Source of the DNA: a virus
Taxonomy: Duplodnaviria > Caudoviricetes
Direction: 5' to 3' (one strand)
Length of the DNA: 32,731 nucleotides
Virus record (IMG/VR): IMGVR_UViG_3300011335_000382
Coordinates: 1 to 32,731 of that record
This document shows, piece by piece, positions 8,943 through 18,317 of the stretch (the stretch's first letter is position 1; every line of letters starts with the position of its first letter). Both the position numbers and the translations under genes were made by a program. A model generated the notes under the pieces. It was not told the origin of the DNA, ran no database searches, and saw only the letters and a list, made by a program, of their open reading frames with translations.

Positions 8943-9761
8943 ATGACGAATACAACTCAAACGGGTGACACACCCAACCCTTGGGACGCCAGTGATGACG
9001 CTCCTGAAAAAACAACCAAAACAAAAAAATCCAAAGAATGGGTCGTAGGCATGCCTGAAGTCAAAGCCGCACCTCCAGTGGGTTCAAACGCAGGTGAATA
9101 TGACATGGACGGCCTAATGACCGACTTTCCCACGGCCAAAGAACTTGAGAGATTTGTATTTGATGAAACAGGCATTGTCTTAAACTTAAAAGGTCGTGCC
9201 AATAAACTAAAATATCAAACTGCCATGGACGCACTGAATGGCGAGACCATTGATCCTAAGTTCATTGGTGACAACAATCCTTACATAGATAAAACAGACA
9301 TGGTTCCTGTAGAACCCATGCCACCTATCCCCGATCGTGATGCTGACTTACCTCCATTTGAAGAAGTTCAAAACTATTTCTTTAGTCCTTTTGTTCCGCA
9401 TCCTGATCCAGAGTTCAGAGCAGTTGGCAAGAAATGTCACTGCACATTCCGCAAGTATAACGATGGCACCATCAGTTATGAAATCAATGGACCATGGGAA
9501 CAAAAAGAAACAGGCACTAAAATTGACAAGTATGGTCGTGAGCGTCCTGAGATCATCAAATGGATTGGCAGCGCAACAGGTGAGCAAATGGTTCAACGTG
9601 AAGATGGCACCTTGACACCAGTGGGTCGTAGACTACGCACCATGATGCAGAGTCAGCGTATCAACGCAGGCAATATCTGGGACACATTTGTTGACAGAGA
9701 CTTTGGACAGTTCAATTCAGAAGCCATTGTTGATCCATGGGGCACGGACACAAGACTATGA
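8943..9761 (+). CDS. Hypothetical protein (start moved from 8916 to 8943)
   Basis: AAGGAAATAGAAATG RBS supports the MTNTTQ start; the 8916 ATG lies inside the hairpin. Confidence 0.75.
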   Translation: MTNTTQTGDTPNPWDASDDAPEKTTKTKKSKEWVVGMPEVKAAPPVGSNAGEYDMDGLMTDFPTAKELERFVFDETGIVLNLKGRANKLKYQTAMDALNGETIDPKFIGDNNPYIDKTDMVPVEPMPPIPDRDADLPPFEEVQNYFFSPFVPHPDPEFRAVGKKCHCTFRKYNDGTISYEINGPWEQKETGTKIDKYGRERPEIIKWIGSATGEQMVQREDGTLTPVGRRLRTMMQSQRINAGNIWDTFVDRDFGQFNSEAIVDPWGTDTRL

Positions 9762-10063
9762 GAGATGGAGACATTTTTCAAGCACAAGAAGCCGCTCGTG
9801 CCAGAGACACCATGATCTTGCAAAAGGTCAATGGCGCACACAGAGAAGCGTTCTTAAAACGCTTTCCTGGTCAGATTGAACACTGTATGCGACTCACAGC
9901 AGAACGCCTACAAGCAATTCTAACACGCAAGCCCACTGACCTAGCAGATCCCACAACATGGAACTGCACAGCAGAAGAAATTCGTGATCTAACTGTGGCT
10001 CTAGATAAACTGGCTCATTTACATCACGCTTATCCCATGGAGGCTTCAAATGAATCTAACTAA
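9758..10063 (+). CDS. Hypothetical helical protein (start likely 9758)
   Basis: ATGA overlap with the upstream stop gives MRDGDIFQ. Alternative small-terminase candidate by position. Confidence 0.65.
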   Translation: MRDGDIFQAQEAARARDTMILQKVNGAHREAFLKRFPGQIEHCMRLTAERLQAILTRKPTDLADPTTWNCTAEEIRDLTVALDKLAHLHHAYPMEASNESN

Positions 10064-10229
10064 ACATGACACTGTCACTGTTGACATTGAACATCAATGG
10101 TATAAAGATCAACTGTTCATTGCTCTAGTAAGGAAAGATCAAGGTCAAGATCTAAATCAGTTTATTTTGACATTAGATGACACGGATCTAGAACACTTTA
10201 TTTCTACCTTAATAGAATTCCAGAGGTAA
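10050..10229 (+). CDS. Hypothetical 59-aa protein (not in ORF track)
   Basis: GGAGG RBS; MNLTKHDTVTVDIEHQWYKDQLFIALVRKDQGQDLNQFILTLDDTDLEHFISTLIEFQR fills the gap to terL almost exactly. Confidence 0.7.
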   Translation: MNLTKHDTVTVDIEHQWYKDQLFIALVRKDQGQDLNQFILTLDDTDLEHFISTLIEFQR

Positions 10230-10230
10230 T

Positions 10231-11841
10231 ATGATAGGTGCGGATGTATTAATGAGCAGAGCCCTACTCTGGGCAGTTGATCAACATGACTTGACTATTG
10301 ATAGTTTAGCCAACATGAATGGCGACCTAAAGAATCAATTGATGGATCTCAGTGTCACAGTGGCTGAGGACATGAAGTTTAATCAACTCAAATACTTTAG
10401 ACCATTTGAACATCAAAAGAAGTTCTTTGCCACAGGTGCAAGTGATCGTAGAGGCATCTTGGCTGCTAACCGAGTTGGTAAAACAGTCTCAACCTGTTAT
10501 GAAACAGCAATGCATCTAACTGGTATCTATCCTGATTGGTGGGAGGGTCATAGATTTACCACTGCCATCACTGCCATGGTAGCAGGTGAAGGTTGGAGTC
10601 AGGTTGCTCTGGTGCTACAGAATGAATTGATAGGAACACAGGATGTCAAAATTACAGAAAATCTTGGCACTGGTGCTATACCTCGTGACTGCATTGTGGT
10701 TGACACTATGCGTAATGATGGTGCTAACTGTATTGGTGTTGAAGTTAGGCACGCTAGTGGTTCCAATAGCTATCTACTGTTTGCTAACTACACTCAGGAA
10801 GTAAGACAACTACAAGGTTTCAAACTTAACTTGGCTGTGTTTGATGAGCAACCACCAGATGACTTCTTTTCAGAAATCGTAACCAGAACTGCTACCACAC
10901 AAGGTAAAGTATTGTGTTCATTTACACCCTTAAAAGGTCTTAATGGACTAGTAAGCAAGTTTTGGAACAAAGAAGCGGGCTACGAATACATCAGGGTGAG
11001 TTGGGATGATGTTCCTGAATACAGTCCTTGGAACGAACCATTCTTACTAAAAGAAACACGCCGTCAACTAGAACGTGATTACTTGCCACATGAACGTGAA
11101 GCACGTATTGCTGGTAAGCCTGTCTTAGGACGCGGAGCAGTATTTCCTATTGTAAATTGGCCCACGTATAAAACAGGTGAAATTGATTTCTTACGTATGC
11201 CACGCATACAACGCATCATTGCACTGGACTTGGGTCTAGTAAATGATAAGACTGTTATAAGTTTAATGTATTATGAGCCGCATGAAAAAATTATGTATCT
11301 ACACAGACAAATTACTGTGCAGGGTATTGATGAAGCAGTCCCAACGCAATATGTTAACCATTTACTTCGTCCTGAAGTATTTGGTTGTCCTATCGTGTTG
11401 CCTCCTGATGCTAGCACTCCAGGCCGTTATACAATGAGCAGTAGTAGCATTAGAGAATTTTTTGAGCAGTATGAATTAAATGTTGTTGACAAACCAATTA
11501 TGAATCCACCTGATAGTCAAGGACGAGTAACCAACCACAAAGCATATGGCGTCAATCAAATGCGTCAGATGTTAGAAGTTGGATCATTAATGATTAACGA
11601 AAATTGCACAGAATTCTTAAATGACGCAAGAAATTATTTTGTAGATGAGAAAGGTCGTTTTAGTGATCCTGATGACACAATTGATAGTTGCCGTTATGCT
11701 ATATTAGGTTGTCTTAATGGATACGCAGAAAACTGGGACAATCACAGTCCACAGCAAAGAATGGCAAAACAAAGAGATAGGTATCTAGTGCGTGATGAAT
11801 CAAACTTGCCTGCGTGGAAACGATCGTATAACGCACAATAA
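10231..11841 (+). CDS. terL: Terminase large subunit, P22-like
   Basis: Q-motif PFEHQ, Walker A AANRVGKT, HLTGIYPDWWEG, Walker B LAVFDEQPP, FTP motif, RNase H-like IALDLG and DDTIDSCRYA. Confidence 0.95.
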   Translation: MIGADVLMSRALLWAVDQHDLTIDSLANMNGDLKNQLMDLSVTVAEDMKFNQLKYFRPFEHQKKFFATGASDRRGILAANRVGKTVSTCYETAMHLTGIYPDWWEGHRFTTAITAMVAGEGWSQVALVLQNELIGTQDVKITENLGTGAIPRDCIVVDTMRNDGANCIGVEVRHASGSNSYLLFANYTQEVRQLQGFKLNLAVFDEQPPDDFFSEIVTRTATTQGKVLCSFTPLKGLNGLVSKFWNKEAGYEYIRVSWDDVPEYSPWNEPFLLKETRRQLERDYLPHEREARIAGKPVLGRGAVFPIVNWPTYKTGEIDFLRMPRIQRIIALDLGLVNDKTVISLMYYEPHEKIMYLHRQITVQGIDEAVPTQYVNHLLRPEVFGCPIVLPPDASTPGRYTMSSSSIREFFEQYELNVVDKPIMNPPDSQGRVTNHKAYGVNQMRQMLEVGSLMINENCTEFLNDARNYFVDEKGRFSDPDDTIDSCRYAILGCLNGYAENWDNHSPQQRMAKQRDRYLVRDESNLPAWKRSYNAQ

Positions 11842-11844
11842 TTG

Positions 11845-11853
11845 TGTTATAAT
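11845..11853 (+). promoter_or_regulatory. Extended -10 sigma70-type promoter (TGnTATAAT), probably leaderless
   Basis: TGTTATAAT ends 5 nt before the HNH ATG at 11859; no RBS. Confidence 0.5.
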
Positions 11854-11858
11854 ATAAC

Positions 11859-12338
11859 ATGACATATTACAAATACGATAACAATACAATTAAAGCCATA
11901 GAACGATTCAATTCAAAATTTGAAAAGAAAGATTCAGGATGTTGGGAATGGATTGCTTTTAGAGATGCTGATGGATATGGACAATTTACATTAAATGTTC
12001 CAGGTAAAAAACACATGCTCAGAGCACATAGATTTAGTTGGATCATTGCTAACAAACAAGATTGGCCCACAGATAAGCCAGTGGCAAGACATTTATGTAA
12101 CAATCCTTGTTGTGTAAATTCAGAACATATAACTCCAGGCACAGTTAGTGAAAATACAATTGACAGCATCAATGCAGGAACTTTTGTTAAAAATTATGGA
12201 GCAAGAAAACCTGTAATGACTCCATTAGGTGAATTTGAAAGTGGACAAAAAGCCGCACGAGCATTAGGCATTAGTCACCAGACTTTAATTGAGTGGATGA
12301 AAACTAAACCAACTCAATATTATAAAACAAAGGAATAG
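11859..12338 (+). CDS. HNH homing endonuclease with C-terminal HTH
   Basis: CWEW...DGYGQF...AHRFSW...RHLCNNPCCVNSEHI...EN; C-terminal GEFESGQKAARALGISHQTL (NUMOD1-like HTH). Confidence 0.9.
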   Translation: MTYYKYDNNTIKAIERFNSKFEKKDSGCWEWIAFRDADGYGQFTLNVPGKKHMLRAHRFSWIIANKQDWPTDKPVARHLCNNPCCVNSEHITPGTVSENTIDSINAGTFVKNYGARKPVMTPLGEFESGQKAARALGISHQTLIEWMKTKPTQYYKTKE

Positions 12339-12340
12339 AA

Positions 12341-12586
12341 ATGACAGCAAAATTTATATGCGCTATAGAACAAAACACAATGATCCTGTGTGAGAAACAT
12401 GCTCAAGCATTTGAAGCGGCAGCACTGATAGCAGACACACCACACACCATATATGAAATGGAAGATGAGGATGCTGTAGATGCAGTATGCCATGCTTGCC
12501 ATTTGGCAGTGGCCAAAGAATACATAAAGCGTGTTGAAGAAAAAGAAAACACTCCACGCATCATCCTTCCGGGCGAGTTCAACTGA
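12341..12586 (+). CDS. Small putative Zn-binding protein
   Basis: AAGGA RBS; CEKH...CHAC ligand pairs; 81 aa. Confidence 0.6.
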   Translation: MTAKFICAIEQNTMILCEKHAQAFEAAALIADTPHTIYEMEDEDAVDAVCHACHLAVAKEYIKRVEEKENTPRIILPGEFN

Positions 12587-12589
12587 TGC

Positions 12590-12595
12590 TAAATA
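12590..12595 (+). promoter_or_regulatory. T4-late-like box TAAATA upstream of portal
   Basis: Intergenic; its 15-bp context is identical to 1918-1932. Confidence 0.7.
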
Positions 12596-12620
12596 ATATA
12601 TTAGTTAAGGAACCCACATA

Positions 12621-14903
12621 ATGTTGGACATAAAAAATATTCCGTTAGAGGACATCAATAAAAATCGCAAGATCAACGCCAACTTTGTGCGTATGAAAAA
12701 CATGATGGATCTAAAGATGGCGTCTTACTTGCGCTATCTAGGCACAAAGAACGCTGTAAACAGAAGTGTGGACTATCACTACTTGTGTCTAGCAGTTACA
12801 GAATCTACTGCTCCTGTCAATGGTATTGATTATATTCACCCCAGTGTAAAACCTGTTGTGGATTATGCCACAGCAGTTATTGCCAAGGGACTCATGCCCA
12901 ATGGTGAAATCAACTTTGAGTTTGTTGCTGACACAGAAGATGATGAAACAGCCGCACGTCAAGCCACCAACATGGTCAACAAGGTTGTGAACCAAATGAA
13001 TGATCCACACTTTATTCTAGAGCGTTGGATCATGGATGCCGCAATGCACAAGAATGGTATGATGATGATCAAACCTGTGCGTGAACAAATTACTCGTTAT
13101 ATAGAAACAGAAGGCACACTGGATCAGTTACGTGCTTATGAACAACAGGCCGCAGAGTCAGGATTGACTGCTCGTCGTCAAAGCAAGCGTCAGATCAGTG
13201 TTGACATGGAAAAGGCCAAGGCAGAGATTGAACAGTTGTTGGGCTTACAAGAAGCGCAGTCAGCAGAATCAATGTTGGACTTGGCTGATGTTGCCATGCG
13301 CCAAGCACCAGAAGAATTTGATCAAGAATCAATGGCCTCAAATGTTGCTGAAATGAAATCAGGCGACATGAGTAATCAACAACAGATTATAAATGACGCT
13401 ATTCGTCGCAACACAATTTACACAGCCAAATATAAACTAACTGGTTATACCATCAACGTGAAGTTTCATCCCATTGCTCAGCACTACTGGGTATGTGATC
13501 CAACAGTGGAAGAAATGAAAGATCAACCATTCTGTGGCTACTACGATCCAATGTCAATTCAAGAAGCCATGGAACTGTATCCAGACATTAACTTGGAAGA
13601 ATTTAGAACACATGCTGAATACAATCAGTCAGGTGCTTACCAAGCAGGCTCAGTGCTAAACAACTTGGCTATTCACGCACGTGACTCAGTGCCTATCATG
13701 GGTATTCCTGTATCAAGTTCAGCATCAGCAGATCCAGATTCAAGACAAGTCAGTATTGTCACTGTATGGAATAGATTTGACATTGATGGTGATGGTGAAC
13801 TGGAATTGGTTGAAGTAATTTACTCAGGCTCATACATTATCTCAGCAAGAGAAGTAGAATTTATTCCTGTTGCTTGTATGGTTCCAAAACCCTTGCCAGG
13901 CAACTTCTATGGAATGAGCATTGGTGAAAGTGTTGTGCCCATGCAAGAGTATAACACGTCAGCCGCAAGAGCCGAGATTCAACTAGGCTTGTTAACAGCA
14001 ACTCCACGTATTGGTGTCAAGCCAGACCGTGTGGACTTTGAAATGATACAGGATGGTGAAAGTGCTATCTTTATTCTAGACTCAAAATTTAATCCTGCCA
14101 CAGACATTTATCAAATTCCTCCTCCATCAGGCAACCTACAGTTTTTAGAAGTTGCCATGAACCGTATTCAACAAGATACAATGGCCATGGTTGGTATGAC
14201 TACACCACAAGATGTATTCAATCCAGAAGTCATGGCACCAGGCAACTCAGGCATCAAACTACAGATGGCCCTGAGTCCTAACCAAATCATTCAAGACAAC
14301 ACTGTGCGTAATGCCGCAGAAGGCCTAAAGCAAGCCTTATACTTGGTATGGCGCACCTTAATTCAATATGGTGATGACTATGGTGTTAAGAAATTGGCAC
14401 AACAGGTCAGTGAAGACAAAGAGCCTGTGTTCTTGGATTTTGAATCATGGGACAACATGGACTTTTGTGATCGCAAACAGATTCGTTTAGAACTGGCTCT
14501 AGGCATGCAAAGTGAAGAAAACGCATTAGGTCGTTTACAGATTATCCAGAAGTGCCAGAACGACTTGTATACAGCACTGACCAACATGGTGGGTCAAGGC
14601 ACTATGACAGCAGAAGTATACCAGAAGATTAAAAAGCCATTTGCAGATACCTTATATGTGCTGGGTGTCAAAGATGCCAACACTTACTTGCCAAGTGATG
14701 ATGAAGTGGCACAGATGGTTGAACAAGGCAAAGCCGCAATGGAAAATAGAGAGCCAAGTCCAGAAGACAAGCAGAAGTTATCAGTTGCCAACTTGAATGA
14801 TGTAAGAGCCAAGCAGATTCAAATGGAAGTTGCTGGTGAAGATGCTGAAACACAACTGGACTTTATGAGCATGGCAGCTGGAGACCCCAAGGTCTACAGT
14901 TAA
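12621..14903 (+). CDS. Portal protein (P22/SU10-like)
   Basis: 760 aa between terL and scaffold; motifs EDDETAARQAT...WIMDAAMHKNG, DIDGDGELELVEV, PLPGNFYGMSIGE. Confidence 0.9.
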   Translation: MLDIKNIPLEDINKNRKINANFVRMKNMMDLKMASYLRYLGTKNAVNRSVDYHYLCLAVTESTAPVNGIDYIHPSVKPVVDYATAVIAKGLMPNGEINFEFVADTEDDETAARQATNMVNKVVNQMNDPHFILERWIMDAAMHKNGMMMIKPVREQITRYIETEGTLDQLRAYEQQAAESGLTARRQSKRQISVDMEKAKAEIEQLLGLQEAQSAESMLDLADVAMRQAPEEFDQESMASNVAEMKSGDMSNQQQIINDAIRRNTIYTAKYKLTGYTINVKFHPIAQHYWVCDPTVEEMKDQPFCGYYDPMSIQEAMELYPDINLEEFRTHAEYNQSGAYQAGSVLNNLAIHARDSVPIMGIPVSSSASADPDSRQVSIVTVWNRFDIDGDGELELVEVIYSGSYIISAREVEFIPVACMVPKPLPGNFYGMSIGESVVPMQEYNTSAARAEIQLGLLTATPRIGVKPDRVDFEMIQDGESAIFILDSKFNPATDIYQIPPPSGNLQFLEVAMNRIQQDTMAMVGMTTPQDVFNPEVMAPGNSGIKLQMALSPNQIIQDNTVRNAAEGLKQALYLVWRTLIQYGDDYGVKKLAQQVSEDKEPVFLDFESWDNMDFCDRKQIRLELALGMQSEENALGRLQIIQKCQNDLYTALTNMVGQGTMTAEVYQKIKKPFADTLYVLGVKDANTYLPSDDEVAQMVEQGKAAMENREPSPEDKQKLSVANLNDVRAKQIQMEVAGEDAETQLDFMSMAAGDPKVYS

Positions 14904-14909
14904 TAAATA
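14904..14909 (+). promoter_or_regulatory. T4-late-like box TAAATA
   Basis: Immediately after the portal stop, upstream of the scaffold/capsid genes. Confidence 0.6.
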
Positions 14910-14929
14910 AACATACTACAGAATAGCAT

Positions 14930-15271
14930 ATGATAGAAAAAGACACAGTAGATTTTTACAACAGCAGACTAACAGTTGACATGAGTCAACCCAGTAAACT
15001 TTCAGCCAGTCAAAAAGATGCTGTTAGAAGTTATGGTGCTCAAGCAGAAATCCTAATGAAGAACAGAGACCTAGCCATGTTTGTTCATCATTTTAAATTT
15101 AGTCTTGCTGATGAATTAGCGTCCATTCGCAGTCATCAGCCAGACGACAATGCCAAAAGAATTGCTTTGAGCAATGAACTTGCTGGCATTGACAATTTTG
15201 TAAACAGTCTCAAAAGGGCTGTTTACTTAAAAAACCGCATTGGTAACACTACAGAAGTGCCCAATGCTTAA
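14930..15271 (+). CDS. Hypothetical head-module protein
   Basis: 113-aa helical ORF between portal and scaffold, a usual slot in this phage type. Confidence 0.7.
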   Translation: MIEKDTVDFYNSRLTVDMSQPSKLSASQKDAVRSYGAQAEILMKNRDLAMFVHHFKFSLADELASIRSHQPDDNAKRIALSNELAGIDNFVNSLKRAVYLKNRIGNTTEVPNA

Positions 15272-15284
15272 ACAAGGAAAATAA

Positions 15285-16424
15285 ATGGAAACAACGACAA
15301 GTCCTAACACTGACAACAGTGCGGCCGCTGGTCAAAGCGCAGTTCCCAGTTTAGACTCAATAGCCGCTAAAATGACCGCAATGCGTAATCAAGTTAGTGC
15401 TACTGAACAAACTGCAACAGGTCCAGAAGAGTCGGGAGATGAATCAGGCCCTGTGACACCAGAAGGTGTTGAAGTTGGTGATTCCAACGATACAGAATAT
15501 GACAGCGACAATCAAGAAGCAGATGCCCAGGAAACTGTAAGCACTGACAGTAATGATTCTAGTGCAGAAGAACTTATAGACTTTGTGGAGTTTGCTGAAA
15601 CAAACCCCAACGCCAAATTCAAATTTATGAAGAATGGTCGTGAAGTCATAGTTGATGCCAAGAAAGCCGCGGCAATTCTAGGTCAAGGATCAGCAATACA
15701 CGAAGAAGCCAGAGAACTAAAAGTTCAAAGGGCTGAATTTGATGAGTATCTTAAAGAGACTTATGCCAGACAAGAAGGTTTAACTTTAGCAATGGAGTTT
15801 ACCATCCAACCCAAGTTGCAGGCAGCGTATGATGAGATTTTGAAAACTCAAAAGTATCAAACCACGTTTCAGCAACAAATGGCTAGAACACAGGATCCAG
15901 GCCAACGTGCTCGTATCCAAGCAAACATGCAACAGAATGAACAATACATTCGTCAGCAACAGGGTTTTATAAATCAAATCCAACCTGCTGTAGAACAGTT
16001 CAGAAACGTTCGTGCTCAGCAAGTTAGCCAAAGGTTAGATAGTTCACGCAAAGCGTTTGTAGACAAGGAATTGAAAAATGAATATGTCTTCAAAGAAGTG
16101 CGTGAAAAGGTAGCAAAGTTGTGGCCACACGCTACACAGGAGATTATTCCTGGCGTGCCCAATATAGATTTGATCAGCAGTGACGAAGCCCTATTAAGCC
16201 TAGTTCGTGATGGTCTTAGATATAGAGACAAACCCTCAACCAAGAGCGCAGGCTCTAGTATGGCTGCCTTAACAAACCGTAAAGGTGGCACCAACACAGG
16301 CAAAGGATCTTCAGATAACATTGAGAAACTTCGTGAACAAGCCAAGGCCGGCGATAAGAAAGCTGGCGACAACCTCTTAATGGCTCAGATGCAAAGATTG
16401 CGTCAGGGCAGAGGTGGTAGATAA
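15285..16424 (+). CDS. Capsid scaffolding protein
   Basis: Acidic disordered N-terminus, FKFMKNGREVIV motif, long Q-rich coiled coil, basic C-terminus; directly before the capsid gene. Confidence 0.8.
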   Translation: METTTSPNTDNSAAAGQSAVPSLDSIAAKMTAMRNQVSATEQTATGPEESGDESGPVTPEGVEVGDSNDTEYDSDNQEADAQETVSTDSNDSSAEELIDFVEFAETNPNAKFKFMKNGREVIVDAKKAAAILGQGSAIHEEARELKVQRAEFDEYLKETYARQEGLTLAMEFTIQPKLQAAYDEILKTQKYQTTFQQQMARTQDPGQRARIQANMQQNEQYIRQQQGFINQIQPAVEQFRNVRAQQVSQRLDSSRKAFVDKELKNEYVFKEVREKVAKLWPHATQEIIPGVPNIDLISSDEALLSLVRDGLRYRDKPSTKSAGSSMAALTNRKGGTNTGKGSSDNIEKLREQAKAGDKKAGDNLLMAQMQRLRQGRGGR

Positions 16425-16442
16425 TTTTAAAGGAGCCTAAAA

Positions 16443-17663
16443 ATGGCATTTATTTCAACTACAAACATTGGCAATGGAACTGGCGCTTTCGCTACAGATA
16501 TTGTTGTCAAGGATTTGGACTTAGACGTCTCTAACAGAGTTAAGGACGATACACCTGTTTTGAACATGTGTATGAGCAAGAAGCGTAAAGTCAACAGCAC
16601 ACAACCTCTATGGTCTGATGACATTTATCGTTTGCCAGCAGTTAATGCTGTGCAAGAAGGTGCAAGTGTTAGTTCAACATACGCAGAAGCAAATCAGCGT
16701 TACAACTTGAACAACTTCACACAGATCTTCCAAACTACTATCGGCGCAACAGGCACAGCCCGCGCAGTTATGCAGTCTGGTGGTGATCCCCAGGCCTATC
16801 AAGAAGTCAAGCAGTTAATTGAACTGATGTTTGACGTAGAGCAACAGTTGGTTCGTAATGACCAAATTGGAACTCAGTATTCAGGTCAAACAGGTAGCGC
16901 AACTGGTAACAGCCAAACTACAGCAGGTAGCCAGAACACAAGCGGTCGTCGTATGGGTTCATTGGCTAGTTATGCTGGCACGTTGAGTTTCAACACAGTG
17001 AGTGGCACAGAAGCTGGTTTACAAACCAACTACAACAACCCATCAAGTGACTCTAGTTCAACAACATTGAGCCAATTGAGTGGTAGCCCAAGTGGTGTCA
17101 ACGCATTATACGTTGTTGCCAATGGTAACTATTACTACACTCCAACAGGTTCTGGTTTTGCTAACCAAGTTTTCAGCCCAGTATTATACAAGCAATTGGT
17201 TACTACTGCTGAACAGCGTTACAATGCCAAGATCCGCACTATGGTTGTTCCAACAAGTCTACGCACCACTATCAGTGATAACATTGTTAGTAGTAACACC
17301 AGCGTAAACCGTCGTAACGTTGAGCGTGGTGACACGATTCAAACATACGAAGGTGACTTCAGTTACACATATGAGATTTATGATTCTTGGATCATGGATT
17401 CATCTGGTGTATCTAACTCAATCTACTTCTTGAACGAAGACGTGCTCCAGATGGGCTCATTACGTGACCTAGGTCCCAATAATGAAGTATTTTCGAGCGC
17501 GGATGCTAGTTTGGATCAATTTCTTATGGAAATCTGTCTGATAGTTCGCAACCCAGCCGGTGTCGCAATGTTAAACAACATCACTACAGGTAGCACAATT
17601 GTTACTACTCCACGTAGTGCTAACCTAGTCCGTCGTGTAAACGCAGGTCCAGGCGCAGTTTAA
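16443..17663 (+). CDS. Major capsid protein (SU10/DUF5309-like)
   Basis: AAGGAG RBS; DTPVLNM...WSDD, NFTQIFQTTIGATGT, AYQEVKQLIELMFDVE, RRMGSL; followed by a strong terminator. Confidence 0.9.
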   Translation: MAFISTTNIGNGTGAFATDIVVKDLDLDVSNRVKDDTPVLNMCMSKKRKVNSTQPLWSDDIYRLPAVNAVQEGASVSSTYAEANQRYNLNNFTQIFQTTIGATGTARAVMQSGGDPQAYQEVKQLIELMFDVEQQLVRNDQIGTQYSGQTGSATGNSQTTAGSQNTSGRRMGSLASYAGTLSFNTVSGTEAGLQTNYNNPSSDSSSTTLSQLSGSPSGVNALYVVANGNYYYTPTGSGFANQVFSPVLYKQLVTTAEQRYNAKIRTMVVPTSLRTTISDNIVSSNTSVNRRNVERGDTIQTYEGDFSYTYEIYDSWIMDSSGVSNSIYFLNEDVLQMGSLRDLGPNNEVFSSADASLDQFLMEICLIVRNPAGVAMLNNITTGSTIVTTPRSANLVRRVNAGPGAV

Positions 17664-17685
17664 GTCTAACAAGATTTAACATGAT

Positions 17686-17710
17686 AAAGGGCTACTTCGG
17701 TAGCCCTTTT
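17686..17710 (+). terminator. Rho-independent terminator with C(UUCG)G tetraloop
   Basis: AAAGGGCTAC-TTCG-GTAGCCCTTTT followed by GTTTT. Confidence 0.9.
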
Positions 17711-17716
17711 GTTTTG

Positions 17717-17724
17717 TATAAATA
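17717..17724 (+). promoter_or_regulatory. Exact T4 late promoter consensus TATAAATA, leaderless start
   Basis: Directly after the capsid terminator and 5 nt before the ATG at 17730. Confidence 0.75.
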
Positions 17725-17729
17725 ACTGC

Positions 17730-18314
17730 ATGAATGAAAATAATCAACCCGAATACTTAGATGACACAGATCCAGAGAAGAATTATAATTACTGGCGTCA
17801 AGATCATGGTGGCACTGTTACTAATGACAATGGTGTAGCAGACAGTTTACTGAAGAACGATAAACTATACAACTCCTTAAAAGGTGACTGGTCTAGAAGT
17901 GACTGGAACAAGTCAGGCAACATCAAGGTCACTACTGGTCGTGAAGATGGCAAGTTTTATATTCAACGTGAACAAGTGAATATACAAGCAGTCATGGATG
18001 CTGTCAAAGACTACAGAACTATGGCAGAAAAAGGTGTGGCAGATCCCTTGGGTCCTTACATGCCAGATGGCACTATTGGCTGGAAGTGGATTGACTTGCC
18101 CAAGACAGTTGCTATCAAAATCAGTGATGATTACTTTGGTGGTATGCCTTGGCAAACACTCAAGCATGATACAACTCTCAAGGCTCAGTTTTACCGAGTG
18201 GTAGAACGAGAATATCCTCAATTCGTGTGTTACCCAGGTGGCAAACTACCAATACCTATTGCAGTTCCATATCCTACAAAAGTAGGCCAAAAACGATTCT
18301 TTCAAGGACATTAA
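17730..18314 (+). CDS. Post-capsid hypothetical protein (start moved to 17730)
   Basis: The track start at 17709 is a TTG inside the terminator; the in-frame ATG at 17730 gives MNENNQPEYL. Confidence 0.7.
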   Translation: MNENNQPEYLDDTDPEKNYNYWRQDHGGTVTNDNGVADSLLKNDKLYNSLKGDWSRSDWNKSGNIKVTTGREDGKFYIQREQVNIQAVMDAVKDYRTMAEKGVADPLGPYMPDGTIGWKWIDLPKTVAIKISDDYFGGMPWQTLKHDTTLKAQFYRVVEREYPQFVCYPGGKLPIPIAVPYPTKVGQKRFFQGH

Positions 18315-18317
18315 AAC

